From the human T2T-CHM13v2.0 reference genome, Homo sapiens, in NCBI RefSeq assembly GCF_009914755.1, contig NC_060935.1: a DNA stretch of 64,000 bases. The stretch is one strand, 5' to 3'. A model generated the notes under the pieces. It ran no database searches. It had not been told where the DNA came from and saw only the letters and a program-made list of their open reading frames with translations. Shown in pieces: positions 37,711-50,745 of the stretch (its first letter is position 1; each line of letters starts with the position of its first letter). The translations under genes were made by a program, and so were the position numbers.

Positions 37711-39044
37711 ACTGCAGGATGCCAACACAGACCTTCACATCCTCACACCTGATGTGACCTCTCCTATTTCATCTCCACCCTCTTTTTTCAAATATACTTA
37801 GTGCCACTCTGGCCTGCACACCTGTCATCTCCTGCATCCAAACCTTTGTACGCATGCTGCCCTCCCCTAGAATAACCTTCCCCTCATGGCTGCCAGCTGT
37901 AATTCCTTCCTAACTTGGGAGTCACGCTTAAATCCTCCAGGAGCTTCCTTAGATGCCCTCCCACATGCCCCCTGACTTCATCGCCTCATCATCCCTCACT
38001 TCCCCAACCCAGTGCTCCTGGATTCTGTTGGAGAGCTCAGTGCTCTGCAATTTGTCTATTATTTAGGTGGGTGTTGGTCTCATTCAAAATATGGTGAGCC
38101 CTGGAGGCAAGGGGCAGGCCTTTTTTTCTTTACATCCCTCCATTCCAACTCCATCTCTGCTGCCAGGCACTGGGGATGCAGATGGGATTTAGAGCCTGCC
38201 TTGGGGAGCGCCCAGTCTGGTGGGGCAGACTGACTTTCAAAGTAATGAGTGTACGTACATGTTCTTGACACAGGTTTGTGGCAATGCATGAGATGTTTAC
38301 TGAGCTGAACCATTTTCAAGGCTGAGGGAGCCAAGTGAATGATCACTGACTCCCCTCCTCATGCACCTTTCCCAGTAGATCTTCCATTCTCCCCTGATGG
38401 AGACCTCCTGACTCCTAGGCCAAGTTCTCGGGAGACTGCGTCATTCGCATGGACCCAGCTTTGTCCCCCATCACATCCTGGCCATCAGTGGACCTTCTAA
38501 GTGTGGCCTCTATCTTCTCACATGGCTAGCAGAGTGTGCACAATTGGTAGGAAATGAAATGCTCACAGCCAGCCAGGCCTGGAAAGGGTTCATGCTGCTT
38601 ATTTTAACTAAAGAGTAGGCGGCCAGTTCTCTTCATTCCTATCCCCTGCTCAATGAGTCAAGTTAGTACATTAATAAAGTAATGCATTAATTAATAGATC
38701 CATCAAACATTTACTGAACACCTATTTTGTGCCAGGCCACAGAGGCAGATGTTTAGAATACAAAGATAAATGGCTTCTGGTTGCTGCTCCCAGCTGAGGC
38801 TTTTCTCCTGGTTCGTAGGAGGAGGCTCTAGAATCTGGAGAGCTGGCTGCTAGCCCTGGATCCCTTGTTTCCTGAGGTAAGTTACTCTAATTCTCAGAGC
38901 CTTGTTTTCCTTATCTGCAGTATGAGGATTGTAACCACTGAGCTGTCTCACAAACTTGAGAGGCTCAAACAGAATTACATGTCAAGAGTACTTGGTAAGT
39001 TGCACAATGCTATACTAATTGTGCAATGGTTACTGAGACAGGTG

Positions 39045-39415
39045 GTGTTAGTGACTTAACCCAAGAATCATTCTCTACCCCATTTTCCAGGCTAACACAA
39101 GCCAAATTTTGCTGGAGAAAGCAACACACTTAGCCCTGGGGCAATGACTCATAATTTGGCTAAGGCAATCAAGACAAGTCTGTTTCCTCTTTGCCAGATA
39201 CTCAACTTCCCAGCCTCCCTTGCAGCTAGTGGTAATCATGTGACCCACTTCTGGCCAGTAAGATGAAAAAGGAAGTTCACTGGACTGGCAGAGGGAGCTT
39301 GGGAGGGCTTTTGCTGATGCCACTTGTTCTTCTTGCCATAAAGGTAAGCTCTGCTGGCCATCTTGGGATTGGAAAGTGACAGGCATGAGGACTACGAGCC
39401 ACCTTTAAGGACGGT
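39045..39415 (+). mobile_element. MLT1 (J/K-like) LTR fragment
   Basis: ttcccagcctcccttgcagctag..tcatgtgacccacttctggccagtaagatg. Confidence 0.6.
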
Positions 39416-39892
39416 GGAGTAGAGCAACTTTCCCTTTCTACTTCCCCCATTCCTAGGGCCCCACTCAAGGCACCATCCTCTCCTGGGTGGAGGCTACAGC
39501 CTCTGATCATCTGCTGTATGATGATTCACTGTGATGGCAAAGTGGGAGGAGATGCTGATCCTGAAAACAGTATTTATGGTCCAGTGTGGGAAGTCCTTGG
39601 GGCAAAGAAAGCACTAGACACAGTGGGAACAAAGGAGGGGGAGGCCCAATCCAGAGTGGGGATGGCTTAGAGGTCAGAAATGCTGGGGGAGGAGTTGGAA
39701 TGCATCCCCTTGTCTCTGTCTCATAGGTGCAAATCTCATCCATGCAACAGGACAATTCCAGGGCTTACGTCTTCTCCTCCTGGAGCCTCCATTGCTCTCA
39801 ACTCAATAAACACTAAATAAGACTTGCCCAAGGCCATGTACCTTGAGCCAATGCCAAGCCAAGTCTTCACATCCCATCTTTACGGTTTAGGC

Positions 39893-40100
39893 TTATGCTG
39901 TCCAATATGGCAGCCACCAGCCAGGCACAGGTAGCTGAATTTAAGTTTCTAATTAAAATCAAAGTTACAAATTGAGTTCCTTAGTCATACTAGGTACATT
40001 TCAAAAGTACAATAGCCACATGTGGCTAGTGGCTACTGCATTAGAGACTGTAGACATAGCCCATCTCCATCATGGCGGAAGGTTCCACTGGACAGAGCTG
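39893..40100. mobile_element. MER3-like hAT relic
   Basis: tgctgtccaatatggcagccac...aatagccacatgtggctagtggctac...tggacagagctg. Confidence 0.75.
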
Positions 40101-42893
40101 GTTCAGAAGCTTGAGATAATCAGAAAATAACTCACAGATCCCTGCCTAGAGAGCACAGGACTGCACAGCAAGCATGGGTTTTGGGGCCAGACAGCCTGAG
40201 TATTTGGATGGAGTAAGGAAAAAGGAGGGGAGAGAACACTTCCTGAGTGCCTGTGATGGGCCAATCACTGTGCAGTATGCTTTATATGTGCTGGCCCATT
40301 TATCCCTCACAGCAGCTCTGTGCAAGTGCCATTTTTAAATTCCATGTGACAGATGAAGACACGGAGCTCAGGGGTGTGAAAAGAGTTGTCCAAGACCCCA
40401 TGCCTAGGAAACAGTAGGGCTGGGATATGGATCGAGATCTGACTCCGAGCCCATATTCGTCTACCATGCCTCTTTTCCAGGATGTCAGGTTTGGAGGTGT
40501 TTCCTCCCCTCACTCCCTTGTGAAAGAAAGGGGTGAATCAGTGAGAAGTGTCAAATTCCAGTAGGCATTGGGGGGTGGGGGATATTGTCCACACAGGCCC
40601 AGAGAGAGGTAGTCCTCCCTTCAGCTCTGACTGTCTCCCCAGCCTAGGAGGCTAGGTCACAGGGCAAAATCATTCTTTCCTGGGCCTCCTCTCCCAGGCT
40701 GGGCTGTTGCTATTAGAGGCCTCCGTAAATCAGGCCCCAGTCACCCCTGGAGACTCCAGACCAGTGGGGGAGGAGCTCCTACTGCAAGAAGATCAAGGTG
40801 CTAGGGCTCTCCCAGGGAGTTTGCGGAAGATTCAAAGGCTGGGGCCTGATTTACGAGGCTGCCTGTGGCTCCAGGCTGTCCCAGATCAATGCCTGCATCA
40901 TCCTTAAACTCTGCATTAGTCTAGAGATGTGTCAAAGGATCTGAGGCCAGACCCAGGACAGGGGCAGATCTGTCCCTTCTCCCCTGCAAGGAGGCTTGGA
41001 GTCAGCCATGCCTGGCAGGAGATGTGTCCATGTCCAAGATCTTGCATCAGCCTGGGCATTTTTGGCTCTGCCTGATAGGGGTGGGGAGAGGGGGGTGAAG
41101 GGGCAGGAGCAGGCCCCTCTTGGAAATGGGGTCCAGGCTGCAGTCAGGAAGCTCTGCCCACAGAAATAGCCCTAGAGCCAGCCTTCACTCCTCATGGCAA
41201 CCCTTTCAGGGAGGGAGGACTCTCCCTTTTTCATATGAGGAAATGGAAGCTCTGAGAGGGCAGGTGCCTCGCCCAGGTGGTAAGCAGCAGGGCAGGATTT
41301 GAACCCAGTTCTGACACTGAAATCTCTGCTTCTTGCCCTCTGCCTCCTTGCACAGTACCCCACACTTAGCGAGTCTTTCTCTACCAACTCCAAAGACAAA
41401 ACTTACAAGCCATATCATTAATAGCAAGTATATATTCCTTTGTACTCTTCCAAGCTCTTCCATAGCCCTAATGAGTGATGAGAGGACACTGCATTATCTG
41501 CCCTGGGAAGTTTATAAAACGGGATGGACTCCCTTACCAAGGCTGACATCCAGGCCGGCAACCTGCCAGGAGACCCAGGGACCCGGTGACCTCCAGAGGC
41601 CCTTCCAGTTTGAGGCCCCTCTGGTGACTAACCTGGTCCTCCTACCAGGAAGGAAGCAGACTCCCCAGTGCTCACTGAAGCCATAAAGTTCTCAGTTCTT
41701 AGCCATTGTAGTACTAGTTTCCATTTAAAGACACATGCCCAAGAGGTGCTGGGTCACTCAGTCATCAGTATTTCTTTCAGTAACCTGGCAAAGTATTTTA
41801 AATGTGATTTGCAGAAGCTTATAGGAGTTAATGCCTCACAGATAGTAAGTAGCAGAGATAGGGGTCAGCCTGGCTTCATTTACTTCCCACACCCTGTGTT
41901 CCCATGGCAGCACCTGGCCTCTAACAGCAGGCCAGGCCGGGAGAACCCATTGAGGGTCTCTCATGTGCCATCCGATTGCTATCTCTTTGTTCCTCTGCCC
42001 AGACGGTGTCTGACTTCCAGGCAACAATGCACACAGAAGTTACAAGTGTGGATACTAGAGTCAGAGCCTGGATTCCAATGCTGCTTCTTAACAGCTGTGT
42101 GACTTTCCACAAGTAATGCAACATCTCTGGGTCTCTGTTTCCTGTTCTGCAAAATGGGGGTACTGTCTACTTGCCCCAGGGAACTGCTGTGCTGAGGATC
42201 ATTCCCAGGAAGCACCTAGCACCATGCTGGGTCCTGGCAAGCCACTGACAAATGTTCACTGTCACAATGGCCCTGCTTCCTCTGGTGCTCGGCACCAGGC
42301 TGACATCGAGTACACAGTCAATGAAGAAACAAGGAGACTCTGCAAGGAGATACATTAGGATGATGTACTGACAAAGCCTTGGGAAAACTGCTGGTGCCTT
42401 TGCTGGGGGGAAGATTTCCAGATGGAGCTCCTCAGGATGGCCTGCCAATCCAATAAACTCAGGTTCCTAGAAAGCCTCCCCCACCCCACCCCACCCCCAC
42501 TCTGTAAGCCCCACCCAAACCAGGACAGCAGCAATTCTCCCCTTCCCCTGGTGTGCCTTCCCCGGTGGTCTGTTTCTTTAGGACAGGAACGCAGCTGTCT
42601 GGAAGGCACCCAGGGAAGCCATTCCTTGGGACATGTCCCCTGACCCACCCCCGGCAAGGCTGGGATGACAGAAGGACAAACCCAGCCAAACATATGGACC
42701 CGTAGCCCAGGATAGGCAACAGCTGGGCCACTGCCTGACTTTTCTTCTGCTCCTTGGAATATTCTGGCAATGAGAAGACATAGTCTCAGCAACTTATAGA
42801 CATTTTCCCAGGAAATCCTAACCGCTAAGGGAACAATTTGCTCCATTCTCACACATTTCAATCTACTTATTTGGAAGACCAATCCTTGCGTGG

Positions 42894-42916
42894 GCATGCA
42901 CGCACATGCGCGCGCG

Positions 42917-42953
<37 letters not shown>
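42894..42953. repeat. Compound (GC)9(AC)n microsatellite, 60 bp of perfect purine/pyrimidine alternation
   Basis: gcatgcacgcacatgcgcgcgcgcgcgcgcgcacacacac... Confidence 0.96.
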
Positions 42954-42957
<4 letters not shown>

Positions 42958-45900
42958 CATGTGGTCTTGTGTAGAAGTACACAAACCTGATAATAGCAAC
43001 CACTAATATTTAGTATATGCTAAGTAATAAAAGTAGCTACTATAGTCATCATCTCATATAGTCCTCACAACAAGCATTGAGACAGGGGCTCTATCCACAT
43101 TTCACAGATGAGGACACAGAGGTGGGCTGCCTTTCACAGAACAAGCTGCTAGCCATGCTGGGGCTGGCGTCGGAGCCCAGGTCTAAGAACTCTGGTACAA
43201 GGAATCCACTCCCTTTCCCGGATTTGCCTCCTCCACCTGTGCTTAAGGAGTTAACCCTGTCGGAGAGGTTTTCTTTCCTTGGTTATGTTTTCTATTCTTT
43301 GGGTAAGTTTGACAAAGTGGGGTTCTTTTTCATCGCCAGAGTCTGTGTCCCTGGAGGCTGAGGAAGGAACCAGAAGTTGCACTTTCCAACATGGATCGCC
43401 TGCTAATTTTCCAAGACAGCTCAGCCCCTGCCAGCGTCCCCTCCCTCCTTTGGGCTGAGGGCCCAGGAACCCAGCCTCAAAGTTCAGCTTGCTTCCTCCA
43501 GCACGCACATTTGGAAATTGAAATTTCCCACATTTTCACCACACAAAAGCCAGGTTGTATTTTTGTTCTCTTCAAAATATGCCAAAGGAATTTTTCCTAC
43601 CCCTTGAACTTTCTCCAAAAATAAGTAGAAAAAGTCAAGACCATTTTGCCCTGTAAGCTGAGAATAGAAAAATCAACATGCAGGGTGCCATTTCCAGGAT
43701 GTTACGAAACAGCGAACATGTGAATCCGTCTCAACACCATTTGGCAACTTTGGGGATACAGTAGATGATATTTCTCACCCACAAACTCCTCACTGAGTTT
43801 ATATTAACATTTTGCTTTTTTTTTTTTTAAAAAAAGAAAAAAGATTCTGAAAAAGGTAAGAAGCCTTGATAAATTACCACCACCTGGATTAAAATTCAGA
43901 GTCAGCACACTGACCACCAGCAAATAAAACATGAAACTATACAGATAACTTAGTAAAACAAAAAACGATAGTGGCCCAAGATAAATTAAACTTGCAGCAT
44001 AAAGGTTGAAGCCAAGGAAGGAAGGGAAGTATTTATCCCATAACTAATGAAGACTGCAAAGAACTAAGTATAATCGTAAAAGTACATGGATTATTCTCAA
44101 CTCACCAGATCATCCATTCCCAGGATTGTCTGCGATCCTGGTCTGGGCTTCCCAGGCCCCTGTATCTGCTGCCTTCAAAACCCTGCATGCAGGTCTCTTG
44201 TGTCTCCCCCACCCCCCCCATCTCCCAGCTCAGTGAGAATCATCTTTCACAGTTTGATCACATCACTCCCAGCTCTGCTTATCTCTCCTGGCTTCCCTTC
44301 TCAAAGCCAAACAGCTAGCTCTGCCCCCAGGGCCCTTCTCCTGACCCCTGGCTCCTGACAGCCTACTCCCCAACCCCTGCTCATCACTTCCCAGGAATTT
44401 GCTTTAAGCAAGGGACCTGCCTGTGCACTGGCCTCCACTCAGCACGAGTCTGAGAGAGTCCAAGTAGAAAACAGGACACTTAGCTACCATCTACTCCCAA
44501 CCTCTCTCCTGGGGAGGACTCACCCTAAAGGTAAGCTGGCTGAGTCCATCAGAATTTGCTCCCATGACTCGAGTAACCGGGAGCTCATGCACACCTGTAC
44601 GGAAGAAAAGCAGACAGAGGACAAGGCTTGCAGACGAAAAGTGTACATCCAAACCCATCTCTCCCAGCTACCAGCTGTGCCATACTGGGCAAGCGATGGG
44701 TCTTCTCTGGGGCTCAGACCTTCCGTCTGGAAAATGAGGCTAATGAGTCCTACCTCATAGCCATCAACGACATCAGGAACATCATCATCATCATCCCTGG
44801 ACAATTTCAGTGTGAAAGGAACGTGGTATTGCAGCTAGTAAGACCTGAATTGGAATCCCAGCTCCAGAACTTGGGGAAATGAGTCAACTTCTCTGACCTT
44901 CACTTTCCCCATCTATAAAGTAGGGATAGAAAGGTCTCCCTCAAAGGGTGACTGTCTAGATTGAATAAGATGACACATGTAAAAATGGCTTTGCAAACCG
45001 TTTAATTGGAATAAATATACGCATTTTTTTCTGCTGAGCTAAAACCTGACTTACGGTAACTCACCTGGGAACTTTGGTACACAGAGATGTTCCTGCCACA
45101 AGGACCTCTGAGCCTTCCCTCCTCCTGTTGGAGGAGCCCCGTTCCTTAGTCATTCCTGGGGGTCTCTGGTTTGCCTTGGGCACCACCTGGATTCCCCTCC
45201 TGCCAGGGGTGCATCTGAGGGAGTGCTGCTGGGATTTCCTTCTGTGGGGATCTAGCCCCAGTGCCTTTGCTCCAGACCCTCTCTCCTTTGCAGGCCCCCC
45301 ATATAGTCTTCTGTGGAACATCCCATCCCATTGTTCATGTCCTTTTCCCTGTCGTTCTCATGGTGTGAATTTAAGGTCCCATGGGGAGAGGTCAGAGTCA
45401 TGGTGTCCTCTTTGCCTCTGTGGTCCTGAACTAGTCATTTCCCCTCCCAAAGCACTTGCTCCCCTGGGTCTATAACAAAGAGGTGGATGATATCATCATC
45501 AGGTCTACTAATTGCAATGATCATCAAAACTATTTCATGCAGATTTTCCCAAAATGAATTTGACCTTGAATACTCCCCCACTTTCCCCTTTAATTTTTCA
45601 GTAGAGCTTCTCAGGGATTGTTTAGGAAGGACTGGGACTACAGCTCTTCAATGCTGACACCCTATACATCTGTATGCTCTTTAAGGCAAGATCCCCAGAG
45701 ACCTTTTTGTAATCCTCACCACAAGGAACATAAAAGTTGGCCATAGCCATGATTGCTTCTAGATTGACAGAGAGCACAGCAAGCTCTGCTGTCACCACGT
45801 GGCTCTTGTTAATCTGTACCCATCTATCTGCCTAGCAAACACTTGTACTGTAACCTTCATGGGTGCCCATGGGGGTTTTAACAGCTGTGGAGCTTTTTGT

Positions 45901-47914
45901 TTCTCATGCATTTGTGCAGCCATTTGCTGCCCCAAGTATGGGGAGATGCTGTTCATAGCAGTTTAGCAGCAGTAAAGGGCTGTCTGGTTGAGCACTTTCA
46001 CGCCAGGGCCGTTTTTAGCATCTTTAGCAATCTTTGCCTGGTACTCTCAGGTGGAGGAGGGGAGACAACCACTTATATCCCTCCCCTGAGCACGTTTCCC
46101 TGTCTGTAAAATGGGTATAAGGATATGCAAATCATAGGGTTTCCGTAAACATCAAATGCTATAACAAATACATGGAGAACAGCATATAGCACACTGTAAG
46201 CAGTTATTTCGCACTTTTCTCAACTTAAAAAGCTCATCACCCTTAGGTCCCCGCCCCCTCCTACACATCACTGACATCCAGTGGCAGATCTGGGTAACTA
46301 CAGGTGTGAGTACCCAAAGCTCCAGCCTCTTCCGTGCCCAGTGGACCTCGTTTCAGGGATTGTGGGGTGTCTTCTAAGTAGTGTTAGCCAAGACCTGCCT
46401 CTGATTTTCCAGGCACTTCCATATTTATCATCTAATTTCATCCCCACCTCAACCTTTAATGGTGAATAGCTTACAATGACAAAGGGAGGATCATAGCTAG
46501 TTGTGGGGCAGGACTGAGGCCTGCCCTCGATGGTAAATTCCTTGAGGTCAGGGAATTTGTCTGTCTCATTTCCCACGACATCATCCCTGTACCTATGGCG
46601 CTGCTTGGCACACAGTAAGTGCTCAGTAAATATCTGTAGAAGCAATGACAATTTTAGGAAACCCCAATCTGTGCCAGTCCCCCTCCAGTTTAGAAGTCCA
46701 TATGGTGAAGGGACTTGCTCCAAGTGACAAGTGGCAACCTGCTCCAGGAATAAACTTACAAGGAAGCCCCTCCCTCTCTCCTCCCAATGTGTTTTCAAGT
46801 GGACAAAAGGTATTTAGCAGGGGTGTTCTTAACCTTCCACTCCCCTTATCTGGAAAGGAGTCTGCCTGTGTCCTCTGTCCATTTTCTCCAGGCCCTTTCC
46901 CATCCCCCAGAAAAGGTCACACCAGACTGGGGTAGGGAAAGAAGCAAAAATGGAAGCTGCAGAGGCGTGTGGGCTGGACTGGGGAGAGTGCTTCTCTGGG
47001 GGAGGGTTGCAAAGCATCCAGGATTATAAAGAAAAGCAAGAGAATAAGTGTAGGAGGGCAGCTACCTGGGAAGAGGGGAGGGTATTGGGGGCCATCCCCA
47101 GGGTTTCAAAGGTGGCATCATGTTCTGTTTCTTAAGCTAGCTGGTGGGGCCATGAGAGTTTCTCATTATTGTTTACACTGAACATATTTGTTATAAACAC
47201 TCTCTGTAGAATATAAAAAATTTTCATAAAAAATATTTTAAAAGAGATATAGGAGAAGCTGATGTCAGTAAATGCAGTAGAGGGCAGAGAGAAAAGGCGG
47301 ATTTTAAGCAGTTTTTCTGTGGATTTGGTGGTTCTTGATAACTTCTGAGAAATATTAGGTGGAAGTCTGAGTTATTCTGATGTTATTTCTGATTGTTGGG
47401 CCATGTCTTGACCTTGGCATGCTCCAGGACTAACACACAGGGTCCTGGCTTTACAGCCCTTACTTTGGCTTGACTTTGAAATGGATTGACATGGCGGAGA
47501 GGCTCTTGATTGATAGAAGCAGAATTAAGAAACCGTTGCGTCCTGGAGGGCTGAGTAATCCTGCACAGTGCTTTACTTCTCTGGGTTCCTTGTGTTACGT
47601 GGGTAAATGATGCTCTGCGCCTCACTTTCCTCTCAGGGCTGGTGTGAGGATTTAATGAGAACATGCAAATGAGGGTGCTTTATAAACCAGAAAACATGCT
47701 GTAACTGTGGGACGACTATTACCATAAGCACTGCTGGCAGAAAAGTACTCTGAAAATGACATAAAGTGCCCCCCAAATGTGAGGCATTTATGTTATAACT
47801 GGGCATAACTTTCAGCCAAGGTTTCCTGGAACAGAATCAAGTTTTCATACCACTCCAGCCAAAACAGGTGGAAAGTGCACTTGGCAGCTGTCTTCTAGCT
47901 CCAGAAGATTTATG

Positions 47915-48195
47915 ATGAGAGACTGGAGAGTGCCAGGGCTAGGAACCAGGCTCCAGGGCCAGATCGTGTGAGTTTGAGTCCTAGCAACACTTTCTACTGG
48001 CTTGGGCAAAGTATGACCTTGGGAAATTTCTTAACTTCTCCATGCCCCAGTCTCCTGATGTATAACATGGGCAAAACAATGGTAGCTAGAGCATAGAGCT
48101 CTTCTGAGAATTAAATGAGTTGGTATGTACAGTGATCAGGACAGTGTCTGACAAGGAGGAAGCGTCCGTCAAGTACAGCAGTTATCAATGTTAGT
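47915..48195 (+). mobile_element. MIR, near full length
   Basis: gagtttgagtcctagc...tgaccttgggaaatttcttaacttctc...gagaattaaatgagtt. Confidence 0.75.
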
Positions 48196-48686
48196 ACAAT
48201 ATAGGCTCCATTTTCTGAGGGAAAAATAAACAGAAGGAATAGGCATCTGTTGCAGTCATACATTGGAAAGCTGGGTTAGACACTTGGAAGAACTTCCTGA
48301 GAAGGTCGCACAGTGCTCATCATGAAATTTGGGGGATCCCCAGGGAGCTCCCTCTTGTTCAACCATGGGCTGGTGCAATGGTAAAGCTGAAGCTCCAACA
48401 CTCCTCAGCCACCCTTCGAAAAATATAAGAATATACTCTGGCTCCTGGAGAAGCCAGCGCTGAGCTAGGTAAATAATCGGGAAATGCTGAAAAATGACCC
48501 ACAGCCTTGTCCCTGCTCCCAAAGCTCCTGGTACCTGGTGGACATCTGTGAGATGTTATGAGGGTTCAAGGAACAGCACATGTGAAGCCCTTGGCATGGT
48601 GCCTTGCACACCGTAAGCACCATGGTCATTGCTATCGCTTTTGTCTGTCCATCCATCTATCCACCCATCCTCAAGTGATCTTTCCA

Positions 48687-48928
48687 AAGCAACTCTGTCC
48701 AAAAAGGACTTTCTGTCACAATACACACATTCTGTATCTGCACTGTCCATGTGGCCAGCTAGCCACCTGTGGCTGTTGAGCACTTGAGATGTGACTAGTG
48801 TGACTGAGGAATTGAGTTTTTCATTTAACTTTTTTTTCCAGATGTTCTTATGGATTTTTTTTAAGGTCACTTTTAATTAATTTAAATAGCCGCCTGTGGC
48901 TTGTGGCTACCACATTAGACAGCATAGT
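48687..48928. mobile_element. MER3/MER33-like hAT relic
   Basis: ctagccacctgtggctgttgagcacttgagatgtgactagtgtgactgaggaa...atagccgcctgtggcttgtggctacc. Confidence 0.75.
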
Positions 48929-50269
48929 TCTAAAGCCAAAACATAGCCATGTCACTTCTTGGTGTCGAGTCTTTCCAAGTCCCTAGTCCCTTTGATATGC
49001 ATCCAAGACCCAGTACAACCTCCAGATGAGGGGTGTTCCCTGTGCTCATCCTGCCTTGAAGCCAGATGGAACAGCTCACTGCTCCCTGAATACACTGGCG
49101 GTGCCGCTGTCCCTCTGCTTCCAATGCCCTTTCTGCCTTGTCTGCCTGGTAACCTCTTCAGGAAGCTTTCTTAGGCTCTCCCCACAATCCAAGGAGGGTG
49201 GGGATGCCCCCTTGGATGGCTCCCCCAACCTCCAGGACTCCCCCCTCCCCTGGGATTTACCCAGCATGGATCAAATGCATATTAGAATAAAATAATGTTG
49301 TATGATTATAGAAATAACACATTGTTATTGCACATAATTCTGATTGCTCCCTGAAGGATGACCAGGGCCATGTTGTAAGCATTTCTGTGGCTGGTGCTCT
49401 GGGGTGCATAGAGGTCTAGAAGACTCAGTCCACTGTTGTGGGCCCACAGTGCATCCCCTTTAGGTGGAATCATGGACTTCCACCAAGGCCCTTCCACTTC
49501 CCAAGGTCCGTCCTCTTAGCATCACTCGCATACATTACTGCATTTCATCAATCCTAAGATGCCAGCAATTGCAAGATGCACCATCGATTCAGTAATAGGC
49601 TTTCTGAGACAAGAAAACAAACAAAGCACTACCTTAATGTACACATGGATTGTAAGATACTTTCCGATTTCATAAATGTCAAAATGTAAAGAAAAAAATT
49701 GCTGAAAATCAAGGAAAGTGAGGCAAACTGTGAGCTGGCCTCTTGGGAGATGCCCCTTCTAGAGACTCATTCTGCAGTGGGCACTTGAAGGGCACCTTCC
49801 TCTGCTCCCCACTCGCTGTCTTAGGCGAACTGCTATCTGATTGGGCCTCCGGAATGGAAGGATTCAGATGGGTCCTATGGTTTTTTGAATGGACCAAATG
49901 AATATTAGAATAAAAATTTTTCTGGATCATAGAAATAATACGTTGTAATGGCACCTAATTCTCTTTCATCCAGGGCGTTTGTGTTAGCTGTTTCTTCTTC
50001 TTAGAACACCCCTATCCCAGATTTCATTTGGGTCTCTCTTCCCTATTTTTCTCAATTAAATGCCCCTCTAAAGAGTGGTCTTCCCTTCCTAGCTGAAATT
50101 GGTCTCACCTCCCCCTGCTCTGTCAGTTTTTCTCAAATTAACCATCTCATTTTCTTCCCAGCACTTATCAGCATTTGGAATTAATTGTCTAATTATTTAT
50201 TCCTTGTCTTTCCCCAGCAAGATAGTAAGCTTCTGAAAAGCAAGGATTTTGTCTCATAGGTATTCAAGA

Positions 50270-50745
50270 AATTTTTGTGAGTAACTGAAAGTACAGAAAA
50301 GAATAAAGAAAATAATAAGGACTCCCTGTGTCCTCACTACTCAGAATCACAATTAACATCTTAGCGCATAGCTATCCTTCTAGACATTTTCTGCATCTAC
50401 GTATGCTCATACGATCACGTTTTTAACATTAGAGATGTGACCTTTCTATTTAGACTGCTTTCTAATCTGCTTCCCCACCTCACTTACTATACCATGAGTA
50501 TCTTTCACATCCATATCACAGCTGGGCCTCACTGGTTTTAAAGGAGGCATGCTATTTCCCCATATGGAGTAACCCTCATTGATTTAACCGGACCCTGCAG
50601 GTGGACACTTAGGTTGCTCCAGGTCTTCCCATTATGATAAGCAATGCTGCCAATGAGCATCTTGCTGCAAATGCCTTTGCATGATGTTCTGCTTATTTCC
50701 ATTAAAACGTTATTAGTGGGTCAAAGAGTATGTGATATTACTAGG
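50270..50745 (-). mobile_element. Ancient L1 (L1ME-like) fragment
   Basis: gtggacacttaggttgctccagg...gcaatgctgccaatgagcatcttg. Confidence 0.55.

Noticed and set aside
42355-42999. 214-aa minus-strand ORF (also the 185-aa ORF at 26146-26703 and the 171-aa ORF at 16888-17403)
   Set aside because: No recognisable domain, non-ATG or weak starts, partly microsatellite-derived, and consistent with chance in 64 kb
43851-43862. Strong + strand donor-like AAG|GTAAGA (also GAG|GTAAGT at ~38877) suggesting an antisense lncRNA
   Set aside because: Isolated donor motifs are frequent by chance, and no exon chain or promoter can be supported without transcript data
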